Source: a virus | Taxonomy: Duplodnaviria > Heunggongvirae > Uroviricota > Caudoviricetes | Length of the DNA stretch: 64,000 nt | Strand: one strand, 5' to 3' | Virus record (IMG/VR): IMGVR_UViG_3300035698_025354 | Notes under the pieces: model-generated | Seen by the model: the letters and a program-made list of their open reading frames with translations, nothing else | Database searches by the model: none | What the model was told of the DNA's origin: nothing | Shown here: piece after piece, positions 45,564 to 54,975 of the stretch | Layout: every line of letters begins with the position of its first letter | Numbering within the stretch: the first letter of the stretch is position 1 | Made by a program: the position numbers and the translations under genes

Positions 45564-46253
45564 ATGAAAACTTTAGATATCACAGATGATAATATCATGA
45601 CAGTTTGGAACTGGTGTCTTTCTGCTTATTTACATCACGGCAGAAAACTTAGATTCCCAAAAGGTACAGATCCGCAAAAAACATATCAGTGGAGGTATGC
45701 GAAATCATTAACTAAAAAGTTTATTGAGTGGGAATTTAGTGATGAAACAGCACAAAAATTTATTTCGATTGCTGTTGATCATGCTGATTCTCAAAACAAA
45801 CTAAATAAAGGACTTGCTGCACTCCATCAGGATAATTTATTAAAAATTTGTTATGACACTCTTATGAATGATAAAAAGAAATGCAAGCAGTCTTTTTCAT
45901 CATTAGAGCAAATCAAAATATGGTTTGATAATGAAATAGGTAATAAAGATCCTGTTAAAATGTTGTTGAAACGCAAAGATCCTGATATGTTTTGTAATTT
46001 AACTTTGTGGTATCAATCGTTTCAATTGTCTCCTTTATTTTTATCTCTGTCACGAGCCTGCGGGCAAGCATCAGTAAGTTTAAGCAAAGTTGATGAATGT
46101 GAAAGATCAATTCTACCAGATCCATCAAAGCTATACTTAATTCGTACTAAATTTCTTAATGACCAAACCAATATTAAACTAGCAAACAAATTACTGGGAG
46201 AAGATAGTGTCTGCAACAAGACTACAAGAAACAATAAATACCGCACCAGATGA
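45564..46253 (+). CDS. hypothetical protein
   Basis: ATG at 45564 preferred. The track start at 45459 adds a Phe-rich stretch overlapping the divergent gene. Confidence 0.4.
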   Translation: MKTLDITDDNIMTVWNWCLSAYLHHGRKLRFPKGTDPQKTYQWRYAKSLTKKFIEWEFSDETAQKFISIAVDHADSQNKLNKGLAALHQDNLLKICYDTLMNDKKKCKQSFSSLEQIKIWFDNEIGNKDPVKMLLKRKDPDMFCNLTLWYQSFQLSPLFLSLSRACGQASVSLSKVDECERSILPDPSKLYLIRTKFLNDQTNIKLANKLLGEDSVCNKTTRNNKYRTR

Positions 46254-48396
46254 TATTCCAAATATTTCAACACAATATTTTGGAGAGATGAAGCAATCCA
46301 AAGATTACTTTAGGCTTGATGAAGAATTTATTAAAGGATTTGAAGGTAAAAAGCCAAAATTTGGTTTTAATGGTCTTGGTGAATTCATATTTTACAGAAC
46401 ATACTCCAGAATTAAAGAAAATGGTGAAAAAGAAACATTTGTCGATATGGCAAAACGAGTCGTCGAAGGATGCTATGAAATCCAACGAAGGCATTGTAAA
46501 AGACTTCATATCCCATGGGATTATGTTAAAGCACAAAATTCTGCGAAAGAAATGTTCCTAAGAATGTGGGAATTCAAATTCTTGCCGCCTGGACGTGGGC
46601 TTTGGATGATGGGAACAAAATTCATGTGGGAAAGAGGATCTGCAGCATTAAATAATTGCGGATTTGTTTCAACAGATGATCAAATTGAATCGGACCCAGC
46701 TGAACCATTTTGTTTCTTAATGGATATGTCAATGCTTGGTGTAGGTGTTGGGTTTGATACAAAAGGAGCAGAAAAGATTTATGTTGACACACCATCAGAA
46801 AATGAATTTATTTATACAATCCAGGATTCTAGAGAAGGTTGGGTTGACTCATTACGAGTCCTTATAAGATCATACACGACACACGCCAAAAAAGGCAATA
46901 TTAAATTTGTGTATGATGAGATTAGAGAAGCTGGTGAAACTATCGATGGGTTTGGAGGAAAAGCATCCGGTGCTAAAATCCTTATTGAACTACATGATTT
47001 AGTGAAGTCCCATCTATCTAAAAAAGCCGGAAAATGGCTAACTAGCGTCGATATTACCGACATTATGAATTATATCGGAAGATGTGTTGTTGCTGGTAAT
47101 GTTCGCAGAACCGCTGAAATTGCCTTTGGAGAAGCAGACGATTCAAATTACTGCAGCATGAAAAATCCGACTGCCACACTTATTGAAAAAGATCTTGCTG
47201 AATGGCATAAAGTTACAAGTGGTCTTTACGCTAAGGGAAAATCATCTGCTAAAATTAGCGATTTTGAAGTTATTCCATTATCTAGGTTAGAACCGGCTAT
47301 TAATACTTGGAATAGTTTAAATCATCATAGATGGGCATCAAATAATTCAATTTTTGCAAAAATTGGGATGGATTATACAAAAGTTGGAAAACAAATTGCT
47401 GCTAATGGTGAGCCAGGATTAATGTGGTTAGATAATATGCGTGATTTTGGACGTATGATTGACGGTCGCCAGCCTGGAATTGACGGTCGCGTAAAAGGTG
47501 GTAACCCATGTCTTGAGCAATCCCTTGAATCATATGAATTATGCAACCTTGTTGAAACGTTTCCTGACAATCATGAAGACGCTGATGATTATATGCGAAC
47601 ATTAAAATTCGCATATCTTTATGCTAAGACAGTTACATTATTACCAACTCATAATTTAAGAACTAATCAAGTTACTTTAAGAAATAGGAGAATTGGCTTA
47701 TCACAAAGCGGGATTGTTCAAGCATTTGCGAAATTTGGTCGTCGTGTTGTGCTATCTGATTTTTGTGATGCTGGTTATAATGAAATTAGAAGATGGGATG
47801 ATATTTATTCTGAATGGCTTTGCGTTCAGAGGTCGATTAAAGTGACATCTGTTAAACCATCTGGGACTGTATCTCTTGTGGCTGGTGCGACTCCAGGGAT
47901 TCATTATCCTGAGGCTAAAACATATTGGCGAAGAGTTAGAGTTTCTAAAGACAGTGTTCTTGTTGGAATTTTAAAAGATGCTGGATTTCATATAGAACCA
48001 GCATCTAGTGATCCTGATAGGACAGTTGTTGTTAAATTCGCGATTAGCGATGAGAGAGTTCGGCCTGTTGAAAGTGCTTCTGTTTATGAGCAGATGCAAA
48101 ATGTTGTCGATTACCAAAAATATTGGGCTGATAATCAAGTATCTTGCACAGTGAAATTTCAAAATAAAGAAAAAAATGAAATTTCACACATTCTTGAAAT
48201 ATATGAAGATCAGTTAAAAGGAATTAGCTTTCTTCCACATTCTGACCATGGATATGATCAAGCCCCATACGAAAAATGCACTATAGAAGAAGTTAATGAT
48301 TATAATTCTAAATTAAAAAATGCTGATTATAGCACATACATTAATGAAGCGATTGGAAGTCATTATTGTGATAGTGATAAGTGCACTATAATATAA
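46207..48396 (+). CDS. nrdJ: ribonucleotide reductase, class II (adenosylcobalamin-dependent, NrdJ-like)
   Basis: 729 aa. Active-site region GNPCLEQSLESYELCNL fits the class II NPC-E-Q...E-CNL pattern. Class I would read NLCSEI. Confidence 0.7.
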   Translation: MSATRLQETINTAPDDIPNISTQYFGEMKQSKDYFRLDEEFIKGFEGKKPKFGFNGLGEFIFYRTYSRIKENGEKETFVDMAKRVVEGCYEIQRRHCKRLHIPWDYVKAQNSAKEMFLRMWEFKFLPPGRGLWMMGTKFMWERGSAALNNCGFVSTDDQIESDPAEPFCFLMDMSMLGVGVGFDTKGAEKIYVDTPSENEFIYTIQDSREGWVDSLRVLIRSYTTHAKKGNIKFVYDEIREAGETIDGFGGKASGAKILIELHDLVKSHLSKKAGKWLTSVDITDIMNYIGRCVVAGNVRRTAEIAFGEADDSNYCSMKNPTATLIEKDLAEWHKVTSGLYAKGKSSAKISDFEVIPLSRLEPAINTWNSLNHHRWASNNSIFAKIGMDYTKVGKQIAANGEPGLMWLDNMRDFGRMIDGRQPGIDGRVKGGNPCLEQSLESYELCNLVETFPDNHEDADDYMRTLKFAYLYAKTVTLLPTHNLRTNQVTLRNRRIGLSQSGIVQAFAKFGRRVVLSDFCDAGYNEIRRWDDIYSEWLCVQRSIKVTSVKPSGTVSLVAGATPGIHYPEAKTYWRRVRVSKDSVLVGILKDAGFHIEPASSDPDRTVVVKFAISDERVRPVESASVYEQMQNVVDYQKYWADNQVSCTVKFQNKEKNEISHILEIYEDQLKGISFLPHSDHGYDQAPYEKCTIEEVNDYNSKLKNADYSTYINEAIGSHYCDSDKCTII

Positions 48397-48403
48397 GTAA
48401 ATA

Positions 48404-48441
48404 AGGGCCAAGAGTATTTTTATTCTTGGCCCTATTTTTAT
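48404..48441 (+). terminator. rho-independent terminator after the RNR gene
   Basis: 10 bp stem agggccaaga / tcttggccct, AT loop, then ATTTTTA. Confidence 0.6.
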
Positions 48442-48455
48442 AGATTGATTTAAAC

Positions 48456-50066
48456 ATGCGAGCTATTTTTAACGATAATAAAAGCATTTATTTTGATAAC
48501 ATTACAACTAATGAAGAAGATGTGTTATGGAATGAACTCAGTGTAGAAAGCCCAAATACTTTTGTTGATTCGTCTGATAGTATGTGGGATGGAGTATATA
48601 GAAAATACAATAGAAGTAAAAGAAAAATAGCTAGGCCATTATTTAGCATACTACGTGGGATTTGTAAAAAATATAATTTCCCATTGGATATTGTTGATAA
48701 CAGGGGAAAACCAGAATATAGCCCAATCAGTCATGAAGATGTTGACGAAAATTTTTTGCCTGGGATAACTCTTGATGAACATCAAGTTAGATCTATAAAG
48801 CAGGCATGTAGGATAGAATGTGGTATATTTAGCATACCAACTGGTGGCGGTAAGGGAGAAATCATTTGCGGCGTCTGTAAAGCTATCGATTGTCCAACGG
48901 TTATTATTGCAGAAGAGAAAATTGTTATTGATCAACTTAAATCGAGATTAGAATTAAGAGAAATCAAATCAGATATAGGTTTGTTTTACGCTGGTAAAAG
49001 ACCATCTGGACAATCGATAGTAGTTGGGTCAATACAATCTTTACAAACCCCTCCGCCAATTAAAGACATTGATAGTAGAGCTATTGGAGAAACAAAAGAA
49101 TCATATGAAAAACGCTTGAAGAAGTGGGAATCTTCTCTTAAAGCATATAAGACTAGGCTTAAAAATGCTAGATACTTGCAGAAATATATTAAGGCTGCGG
49201 ATATGGTGATTGTTGATGAATGTGATAAAGCAACGTCTGACCCATATAAAAAATTATTTAGACATTGGTTCTCCGGACGTAGGCGATATGGGTTTAGTGG
49301 TACCCCATTTGATCCTGAAAAGCCAGTTGAAGCTTTGGTGATGCAAGAACATCTTGGGTCTGTTATAGCGAAAGAAAGTCGTAGGAAATTAGTTGAAATA
49401 GGTAGAATTATTTCTTGTGATTATATGATGCTTGGTATTGGGCCATTTAGTGGTAATAATGAATCATCTGCCTATGATATAGCTAGGGATGAGCATATTG
49501 TAAATAGTCCTAGTTTTCATATGCTGATAGCTAAAACTGCGAAAAAGTACAAAGGTGATGGAACATTAGTTTTAGTTGATAGAGAGATTTTGGGTTATGC
49601 TCTAGTGGCAGCTATGGCTAAAGTTGGATTAACTGCTCATTATATTTTTGGTAAGACACCGAAAAAACGTCGTGACGAACATTTGCGTGCATTTGAAAGG
49701 CGTGAATTTGATGTGTTAATTGGTGGTAAAATTATTAATCGTGGTCTTGATCTTTCTGGTGGGTGTGAGAATTTAATTGTCGCCACTGGTGGAAAATTAC
49801 AGTCAGAATTTGAACAAAAAATTGGTAGAGCTTTAAGAAGAAATAAGAATGGGAAGAGTAGAGTAATAGATTTCTTTTTTAGATGTAATAAATACCTATA
49901 TAAGCATTCTAAAGCTAGATTGCAAATAATGGTTAATAATGAATATGATACTAAAGTTATTTTTCCTGGTGGTTCTTTCACTGGTGAAGAATTAATCAAG
50001 AGACGTTTTCAGATACCTAAAAAATACTTTATTCCAAACAGACAGAAAAAATTGTTTGATAAATAA
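48456..50066 (+). CDS. SF2 DNA/RNA helicase (UvsW-like)
   Basis: Walker A-like PTGGGKGEI. DECD box VIVDECDKA. Motif III-like FSGTP. Motif VI-like GRALRRNKNG. 536 aa. Confidence 0.6.
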   Translation: MRAIFNDNKSIYFDNITTNEEDVLWNELSVESPNTFVDSSDSMWDGVYRKYNRSKRKIARPLFSILRGICKKYNFPLDIVDNRGKPEYSPISHEDVDENFLPGITLDEHQVRSIKQACRIECGIFSIPTGGGKGEIICGVCKAIDCPTVIIAEEKIVIDQLKSRLELREIKSDIGLFYAGKRPSGQSIVVGSIQSLQTPPPIKDIDSRAIGETKESYEKRLKKWESSLKAYKTRLKNARYLQKYIKAADMVIVDECDKATSDPYKKLFRHWFSGRRRYGFSGTPFDPEKPVEALVMQEHLGSVIAKESRRKLVEIGRIISCDYMMLGIGPFSGNNESSAYDIARDEHIVNSPSFHMLIAKTAKKYKGDGTLVLVDREILGYALVAAMAKVGLTAHYIFGKTPKKRRDEHLRAFERREFDVLIGGKIINRGLDLSGGCENLIVATGGKLQSEFEQKIGRALRRNKNGKSRVIDFFFRCNKYLYKHSKARLQIMVNNEYDTKVIFPGGSFTGEELIKRRFQIPKKYFIPNRQKKLFDK

Positions 50067-50162
50067 TGTGTTATACTTAAATTCTTAATTATAAATTCCA
50101 ATAGCTTACGTCAAATGTACTTATTATATCAAAATTATAAGTAAGCATTTGGAATTATAAGT

Positions 50163-51128
50163 ATGAAAAATGAAGAATTAGATAAGATACTAAATGACGA
50201 TAAGTCAGATATTGATACAGAATTAGCTAAAAAAAGGCTATACTTTGTTAATGAAATCGTCGAATGGCAGTTGACTCAATATATTTGGACTGGTTGCACA
50301 GATGTTGAACTACGTGATGATATTATGTCACATGCTACAGAACTTATTAGACAGATAATACGCAAACAGGGCTTGCATACAATATATCCAGGTCAAGAAG
50401 AATCAGCATTTGGTGATTTATTACAAACAGCTTGGTGTCAAATTGAAAGAACTCTTTATAAATATAGATCTAAACCGTATTGTAGGTCATGCTATAATCC
50501 AGATAGACCATCTGATTCTTTACTTTATAATCCCGGAATTATCGAATATGGAATTAAAACATTTGGTGAAGTAATAGACATGCATAATGGAGTATGCCCA
50601 AAATGTAAATCAAGTTTGACAGATTCTCCCATGATTATGCCAGAACAGGGTAGATTTGGTGGGTCCGAGACGATGTTGTTTAGGGGAATGTCAAAAGTCT
50701 TTAATATGTGGTCTCAAGTTGCTAGAACAGTTATCTTAGCATATATCAAAAAAGAAGGCAGAGATCGCAGGAATTCTCCAACATATAAAACTCATCTTAG
50801 CAATAAGCAAAAACCATCGAATGATATGTTAAATAGGTTTCTTACTGAAGCTATTGAGATTTGCAGATTTAACGATGACTATATTACAATAATTAAAGCT
50901 GTTGAGGAATTAGTTACAACTGATGATAGACCACATGATGGTATTATCGGTAAATTAGTAACTATTACTGGTTTATCTAGATCTACTATTACAAGTTTCA
51001 TGAAACACGTGAAATTGCGGAGTTTTGAATTTACAGATTCACCACTAAGCAGAAGTGCTGAAACAAATAATACTGATGATCGCAAAAAGGATAATAATAC
51101 TACTAATGAATTTGAAGACGAGCAATAA
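50163..51128 (+). CDS. hypothetical protein with Cys clusters (possible zinc-binding / late-regulator candidate)
   Basis: 321 aa. CRSCYNPDRP and CPKCKSS pairs. A loose gp55-like late sigma idea is not supported by clear motifs. Confidence 0.4.
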   Translation: MKNEELDKILNDDKSDIDTELAKKRLYFVNEIVEWQLTQYIWTGCTDVELRDDIMSHATELIRQIIRKQGLHTIYPGQEESAFGDLLQTAWCQIERTLYKYRSKPYCRSCYNPDRPSDSLLYNPGIIEYGIKTFGEVIDMHNGVCPKCKSSLTDSPMIMPEQGRFGGSETMLFRGMSKVFNMWSQVARTVILAYIKKEGRDRRNSPTYKTHLSNKQKPSNDMLNRFLTEAIEICRFNDDYITIIKAVEELVTTDDRPHDGIIGKLVTITGLSRSTITSFMKHVKLRSFEFTDSPLSRSAETNNTDDRKKDNNTTNEFEDEQ

Positions 51129-51238
51129 TAACGATAATAATGATAATTTATTGTCTAAATTCAATGATATAATACTTGGATTTTCAATACCATTTGTGAT
51201 AATTATTATTATATGTATAATTAAACAAATATAATTTT

Positions 51239-51715
51239 ATGAAATTATCACAGGTAATAACTGAATCAGCATATGATTTCTCAATACAATATTGGGATGA
51301 AATGGCTGAAGAATATGACCCTTGGGTTACTGCTAGTCAAGCAGAAGCTATAGCTGATTCATCTGGAATCAGAATATCTCGAAATAAAGAATTGACATTC
51401 ATTGCTATGCGTGATGGTGATGTTATTGGTGCTGTGTGGTCTGATATAGTTCAAAATGATGATGATTTTGATGATACATCATACGATTATGATTTTGATA
51501 TTGCTGTTGATAAAGAGTCGAGAGGAATGGTTGGTCTAAAATTAATAGAATCAGCTATAAGCGATTATTATGATAAATTGAGTGATCAACAAAATTCTAG
51601 GATAAAAGTTTGGGTCATTAACCCGAAGTTGGTTAGGGTTTTAGAAAATAAGTATCACTTTGATATCGAATCTGAATATTCAGATGGTTCTGCGTATATG
51701 GTCTATTATGGTTAA
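51239..51715 (+). CDS. putative GNAT-family acetyltransferase-like protein
   Basis: 158 aa. IGAVW strand and VDKESRGMVGLKLIESAI resemble GNAT motif A. Weak. Confidence 0.3.
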   Translation: MKLSQVITESAYDFSIQYWDEMAEEYDPWVTASQAEAIADSSGIRISRNKELTFIAMRDGDVIGAVWSDIVQNDDDFDDTSYDYDFDIAVDKESRGMVGLKLIESAISDYYDKLSDQQNSRIKVWVINPKLVRVLENKYHFDIESEYSDGSAYMVYYG

Positions 51716-51730
51716 GGATTTGAACTGATT

Positions 51731-52291
51731 ATGTCTGAATTACCAATTATTGAAAAAATTGAAAATGGCACTGTGACTATTGGCGATTTTGATGATTTGT
51801 TTTTAGAATATGTGAGAAAAAACAAAAACGCTATTTTAGAAGCCACTCCGGAATCGGCGAGAGATAGAATAAGGCGTAGAACTAATAAAAATGAAACAGA
51901 TAAACACCAAGATAATAAGGGCCATCAGCAATTAAATCAACCAAAATTTGCGGCTAGAATTCAACCTAAAAGAGAACGTGCTAATAATACGCAGATGCAT
52001 GGGCAAGGTAAAGCGGCACATAGGAAGAGCACAAGAACTCAAAGACGTAAAGCTAAGGCCAGATCAGAATCTAAACAATTTGAATTAACGTTTGATAAGG
52101 CTGGATATTATAATAGTCTTAAAGAATTGATGGAAAGTCATGATCTTGTTGAAGGGCGTGACTATGCAATTTCTAATCATGTTTTATCGATTCCGGTTGA
52201 CTTAAAATTAAGCGATGATATAAAATCATTCTTAATAGATGTTGGTAAAGCCCAAAGGATTGATAAGACGATAGATATTTTTGATTATTAG
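51731..52291 (+). CDS. hypothetical protein with basic Lys/Arg-rich segment
   Basis: 186 aa. KAAHRKSTRTQRRKAKARS stretch. Confidence 0.4.
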   Translation: MSELPIIEKIENGTVTIGDFDDLFLEYVRKNKNAILEATPESARDRIRRRTNKNETDKHQDNKGHQQLNQPKFAARIQPKRERANNTQMHGQGKAAHRKSTRTQRRKAKARSESKQFELTFDKAGYYNSLKELMESHDLVEGRDYAISNHVLSIPVDLKLSDDIKSFLIDVGKAQRIDKTIDIFDY

Positions 52292-52296
52292 GAGAT

Positions 52297-52959
52297 GTGA
52301 TGTCTGATCCAGAAGACTCAGAAAATTTAGATGATATTCAGGACTTATTAGATGAACTTGATGCACAGGATGAGTCTGTTTCTGATGTTATTGAGCAATC
52401 TGAACAATCTGAAGATGTTTTAGGACAGAACGGCATTGTTGATGATATTGGGAAGTCTAATCCTTTAGATGATGTTGAAAATATTATTGATGGGTTTACT
52501 GCAGAACCACCAATGCGACCGATAGACGTTAGAAAAGTGGATCTATCAGAAGAAAAAGTGACAGACAATGTGGTTGAACAAGAAATATCTAATATTCCAG
52601 TTGATGTTGAAAAATATAAAGAACAATTAGATATTGTTACTCAAGAGGTTTTAAATGCTTGTAGATCGGATAGGCAGGAAGCTCAAGACGTTATAAATAA
52701 TATACAATCTAAAATTGAAGAATTTTGTAAGAATTCTCCTAAGTCTCCTCCGCCTAAGGCATTGATTGATGGTCTTGTTAAAACCGTAGAAGTTAAAAGT
52801 AATATTAATCAAAATGCTATACGAATGATGGATACAAATGCAAAATTTCTATCATCTATAAAATCTAGTATAAATTTTAAGCAAAATAATAATATTTCAA
52901 CTAGCCCAAAAGAATTAATTGAAATATTAAATAACCCTAACAATGACAGTGATGCGTAA
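52297..52959 (+). CDS. hypothetical acidic protein (small terminase subunit candidate by position)
   Basis: 220 aa directly upstream of, and coupled to, the large terminase gene. Very acidic N-terminal half. No motif. Confidence 0.3.
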   Translation: MMSDPEDSENLDDIQDLLDELDAQDESVSDVIEQSEQSEDVLGQNGIVDDIGKSNPLDDVENIIDGFTAEPPMRPIDVRKVDLSEEKVTDNVVEQEISNIPVDVEKYKEQLDIVTQEVLNACRSDRQEAQDVINNIQSKIEEFCKNSPKSPPPKALIDGLVKTVEVKSNINQNAIRMMDTNAKFLSSIKSSINFKQNNNISTSPKELIEILNNPNNDSDA

Positions 52960-54920
52960 TGGATCAATATCAGAAATTAGCGATAAAAGAAAGTAAAAAA
53001 TCAGTTTCTTGGTTTTTACGCAATTTCTGTAAATTAAAGCACCCATCTGCTGGCGTTTTGCCGTTTTATCCATTTAGCTATCAAAGGCGAGCTTTAAAGG
53101 CTTTTAGACAACATAGATTAAATATTTTTAGAAAATGTAGACAATCTGGTGTGAGTAAAATATCCGGAGCATTTGCTACTTGGTTTGCTATGTTTCACCC
53201 ATATAAGAAAATACTTATTGTATCTAGAACTGATGAAGATGCAATGGGCTTTTTGCGTGAAAATGTTGTATTCTTGTTTCAAAATCTCCCAGAATGGATG
53301 CAAGAAGTATGGCAACCAACTAAATTAAATGAGCATGAAATTGTCTTCCCAAATGGGTCAAGTATCAAATCGCTGACCAGTCATCCTGATGTTCTTAGAT
53401 CAAACGCTTCATCATTAAATATTATTGATGAAGCCGCATTTGTTCAAGGCATGGACGTGATGTGGGCTGCTGGTTGGCCTACATTACAACATGGTGGTAA
53501 TGTTATCGTCATCAGCACTACAAATGGCGTCGGGAATTGGTATTGGTCGGCTATGACTGATGCTGAAGCTGGAGCTAATCCATTTAATCCAATTATTATT
53601 AATTGGTGGGACATGGATTGGGTAATTGAATACACTGACCCATTATCTCTGCAAGATAAGAGGATCGCTCCTCGTGATGGTATTAGAAAATGTACGACTC
53701 AAGATGATATCGATAAATATGGGAAGTATTGGTCTCCTTGGCTAGAAGAACAATATCGAGCGTTACAAGAGCAGGGTGAAGCTTGGAAATTTGAACAAGA
53801 AATTTTGGCTTCATTTGTTGGATCTGGTAACACTGTTGTGTCTAAGAGTGTTTTAAGTCATATTGCTACAACAATTAAAGAACCGTTAGAAATTATTAAG
53901 GGCTATCAAACTTATGTTCATCCAATAACAAGACAGACTGAGGATGTAAGCTTTGACTTTAAAGAGCCAGATGAGGGATTTTGGATTTGGAAAAAACCTG
54001 TTGGTGCTACTGAGCCTAGGAGAGATAAAGATGGCGATATTATAAAGAAAGGAGATCGCCAGCATTCTTATGTTATGGGGGTGGATATTGCTACTGGTAA
54101 AAGTAGAGACTTCAGTGCCATTGAAGTTTTTGATATTGACACTATGGAACAGGTTGCTGAATTTATGGCTAGATGCCTACCACATGAATTTGTGAAATTT
54201 ATAGATTGGATAGGTAGATATTATAATTTGGCACTTTCTGTTATTGAACGTAATAATGGTGCTGATACTTTGATTCATAGTTTACGAGTAGATTATGCCT
54301 ATCCTAACGTTTGGCGTGAGACTAGTGTTAATGATAAACCTAGACCAAATAGTGCTAGTGGAAAACAAAGAGCGTTACAATATAAAGAATATGGTTGGAG
54401 TACCACCATGGCGTCTAAACCAACTTTAAATAAGTTTATATATGATTATATTCGCGACAATGATGATGGGTATACAATTTATAGTAAGAGATTATTAAAA
54501 CAATTTCAGACATATGTTAGAAAAAGAGATAGGCTAGGTAAGGATACTGGTAAGACTGAAGCTGAAGAGGGTGCTGGTAACTTTGACGACCTTGTTATGG
54601 CTTGTGCTATGGGCTTGAGGGGCACTATTGATGCACAACCTATTGATGTGTCTGGTTTAATGCCAAGATCTTCGAGTAATTTTTATTCTTCCGGTTCTCC
54701 TAGTTTGAGTCCTGGTATTGTGGTTGGTAAAAGTAATATTCCAAGTAAGATTATAACTACTGGTCATGATTTTTTGGCCCCTATTTCTATGTCACCCGAC
54801 GAATCGCCCGATGAGTCAATTGCTAGACATATCGACTCTTTTGCTATACAACTTGGTGGAATACCTATTAGTGATGGTAGACCTTTGGTTACTCCACCTA
54901 AGCATTTTTTCAGAGGCTGA
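52959..54920 (+). CDS. terminase large subunit (gp17-like)
   Basis: 653 aa. N-terminal ATPase region. C-terminal RNaseH-like nuclease segment (VMGVDIATGKSRDFSAIEVFDI). Immediately precedes the portal. Confidence 0.8.
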   Translation: MDQYQKLAIKESKKSVSWFLRNFCKLKHPSAGVLPFYPFSYQRRALKAFRQHRLNIFRKCRQSGVSKISGAFATWFAMFHPYKKILIVSRTDEDAMGFLRENVVFLFQNLPEWMQEVWQPTKLNEHEIVFPNGSSIKSLTSHPDVLRSNASSLNIIDEAAFVQGMDVMWAAGWPTLQHGGNVIVISTTNGVGNWYWSAMTDAEAGANPFNPIIINWWDMDWVIEYTDPLSLQDKRIAPRDGIRKCTTQDDIDKYGKYWSPWLEEQYRALQEQGEAWKFEQEILASFVGSGNTVVSKSVLSHIATTIKEPLEIIKGYQTYVHPITRQTEDVSFDFKEPDEGFWIWKKPVGATEPRRDKDGDIIKKGDRQHSYVMGVDIATGKSRDFSAIEVFDIDTMEQVAEFMARCLPHEFVKFIDWIGRYYNLALSVIERNNGADTLIHSLRVDYAYPNVWRETSVNDKPRPNSASGKQRALQYKEYGWSTTMASKPTLNKFIYDYIRDNDDGYTIYSKRLLKQFQTYVRKRDRLGKDTGKTEAEEGAGNFDDLVMACAMGLRGTIDAQPIDVSGLMPRSSSNFYSSGSPSLSPGIVVGKSNIPSKIITTGHDFLAPISMSPDESPDESIARHIDSFAIQLGGIPISDGRPLVTPPKHFFRG

Positions 54921-54975
54921 TAATCTGAATTCTGAATATTGCTAGTCCAGTAAATATATAATATGGAGATTATAT

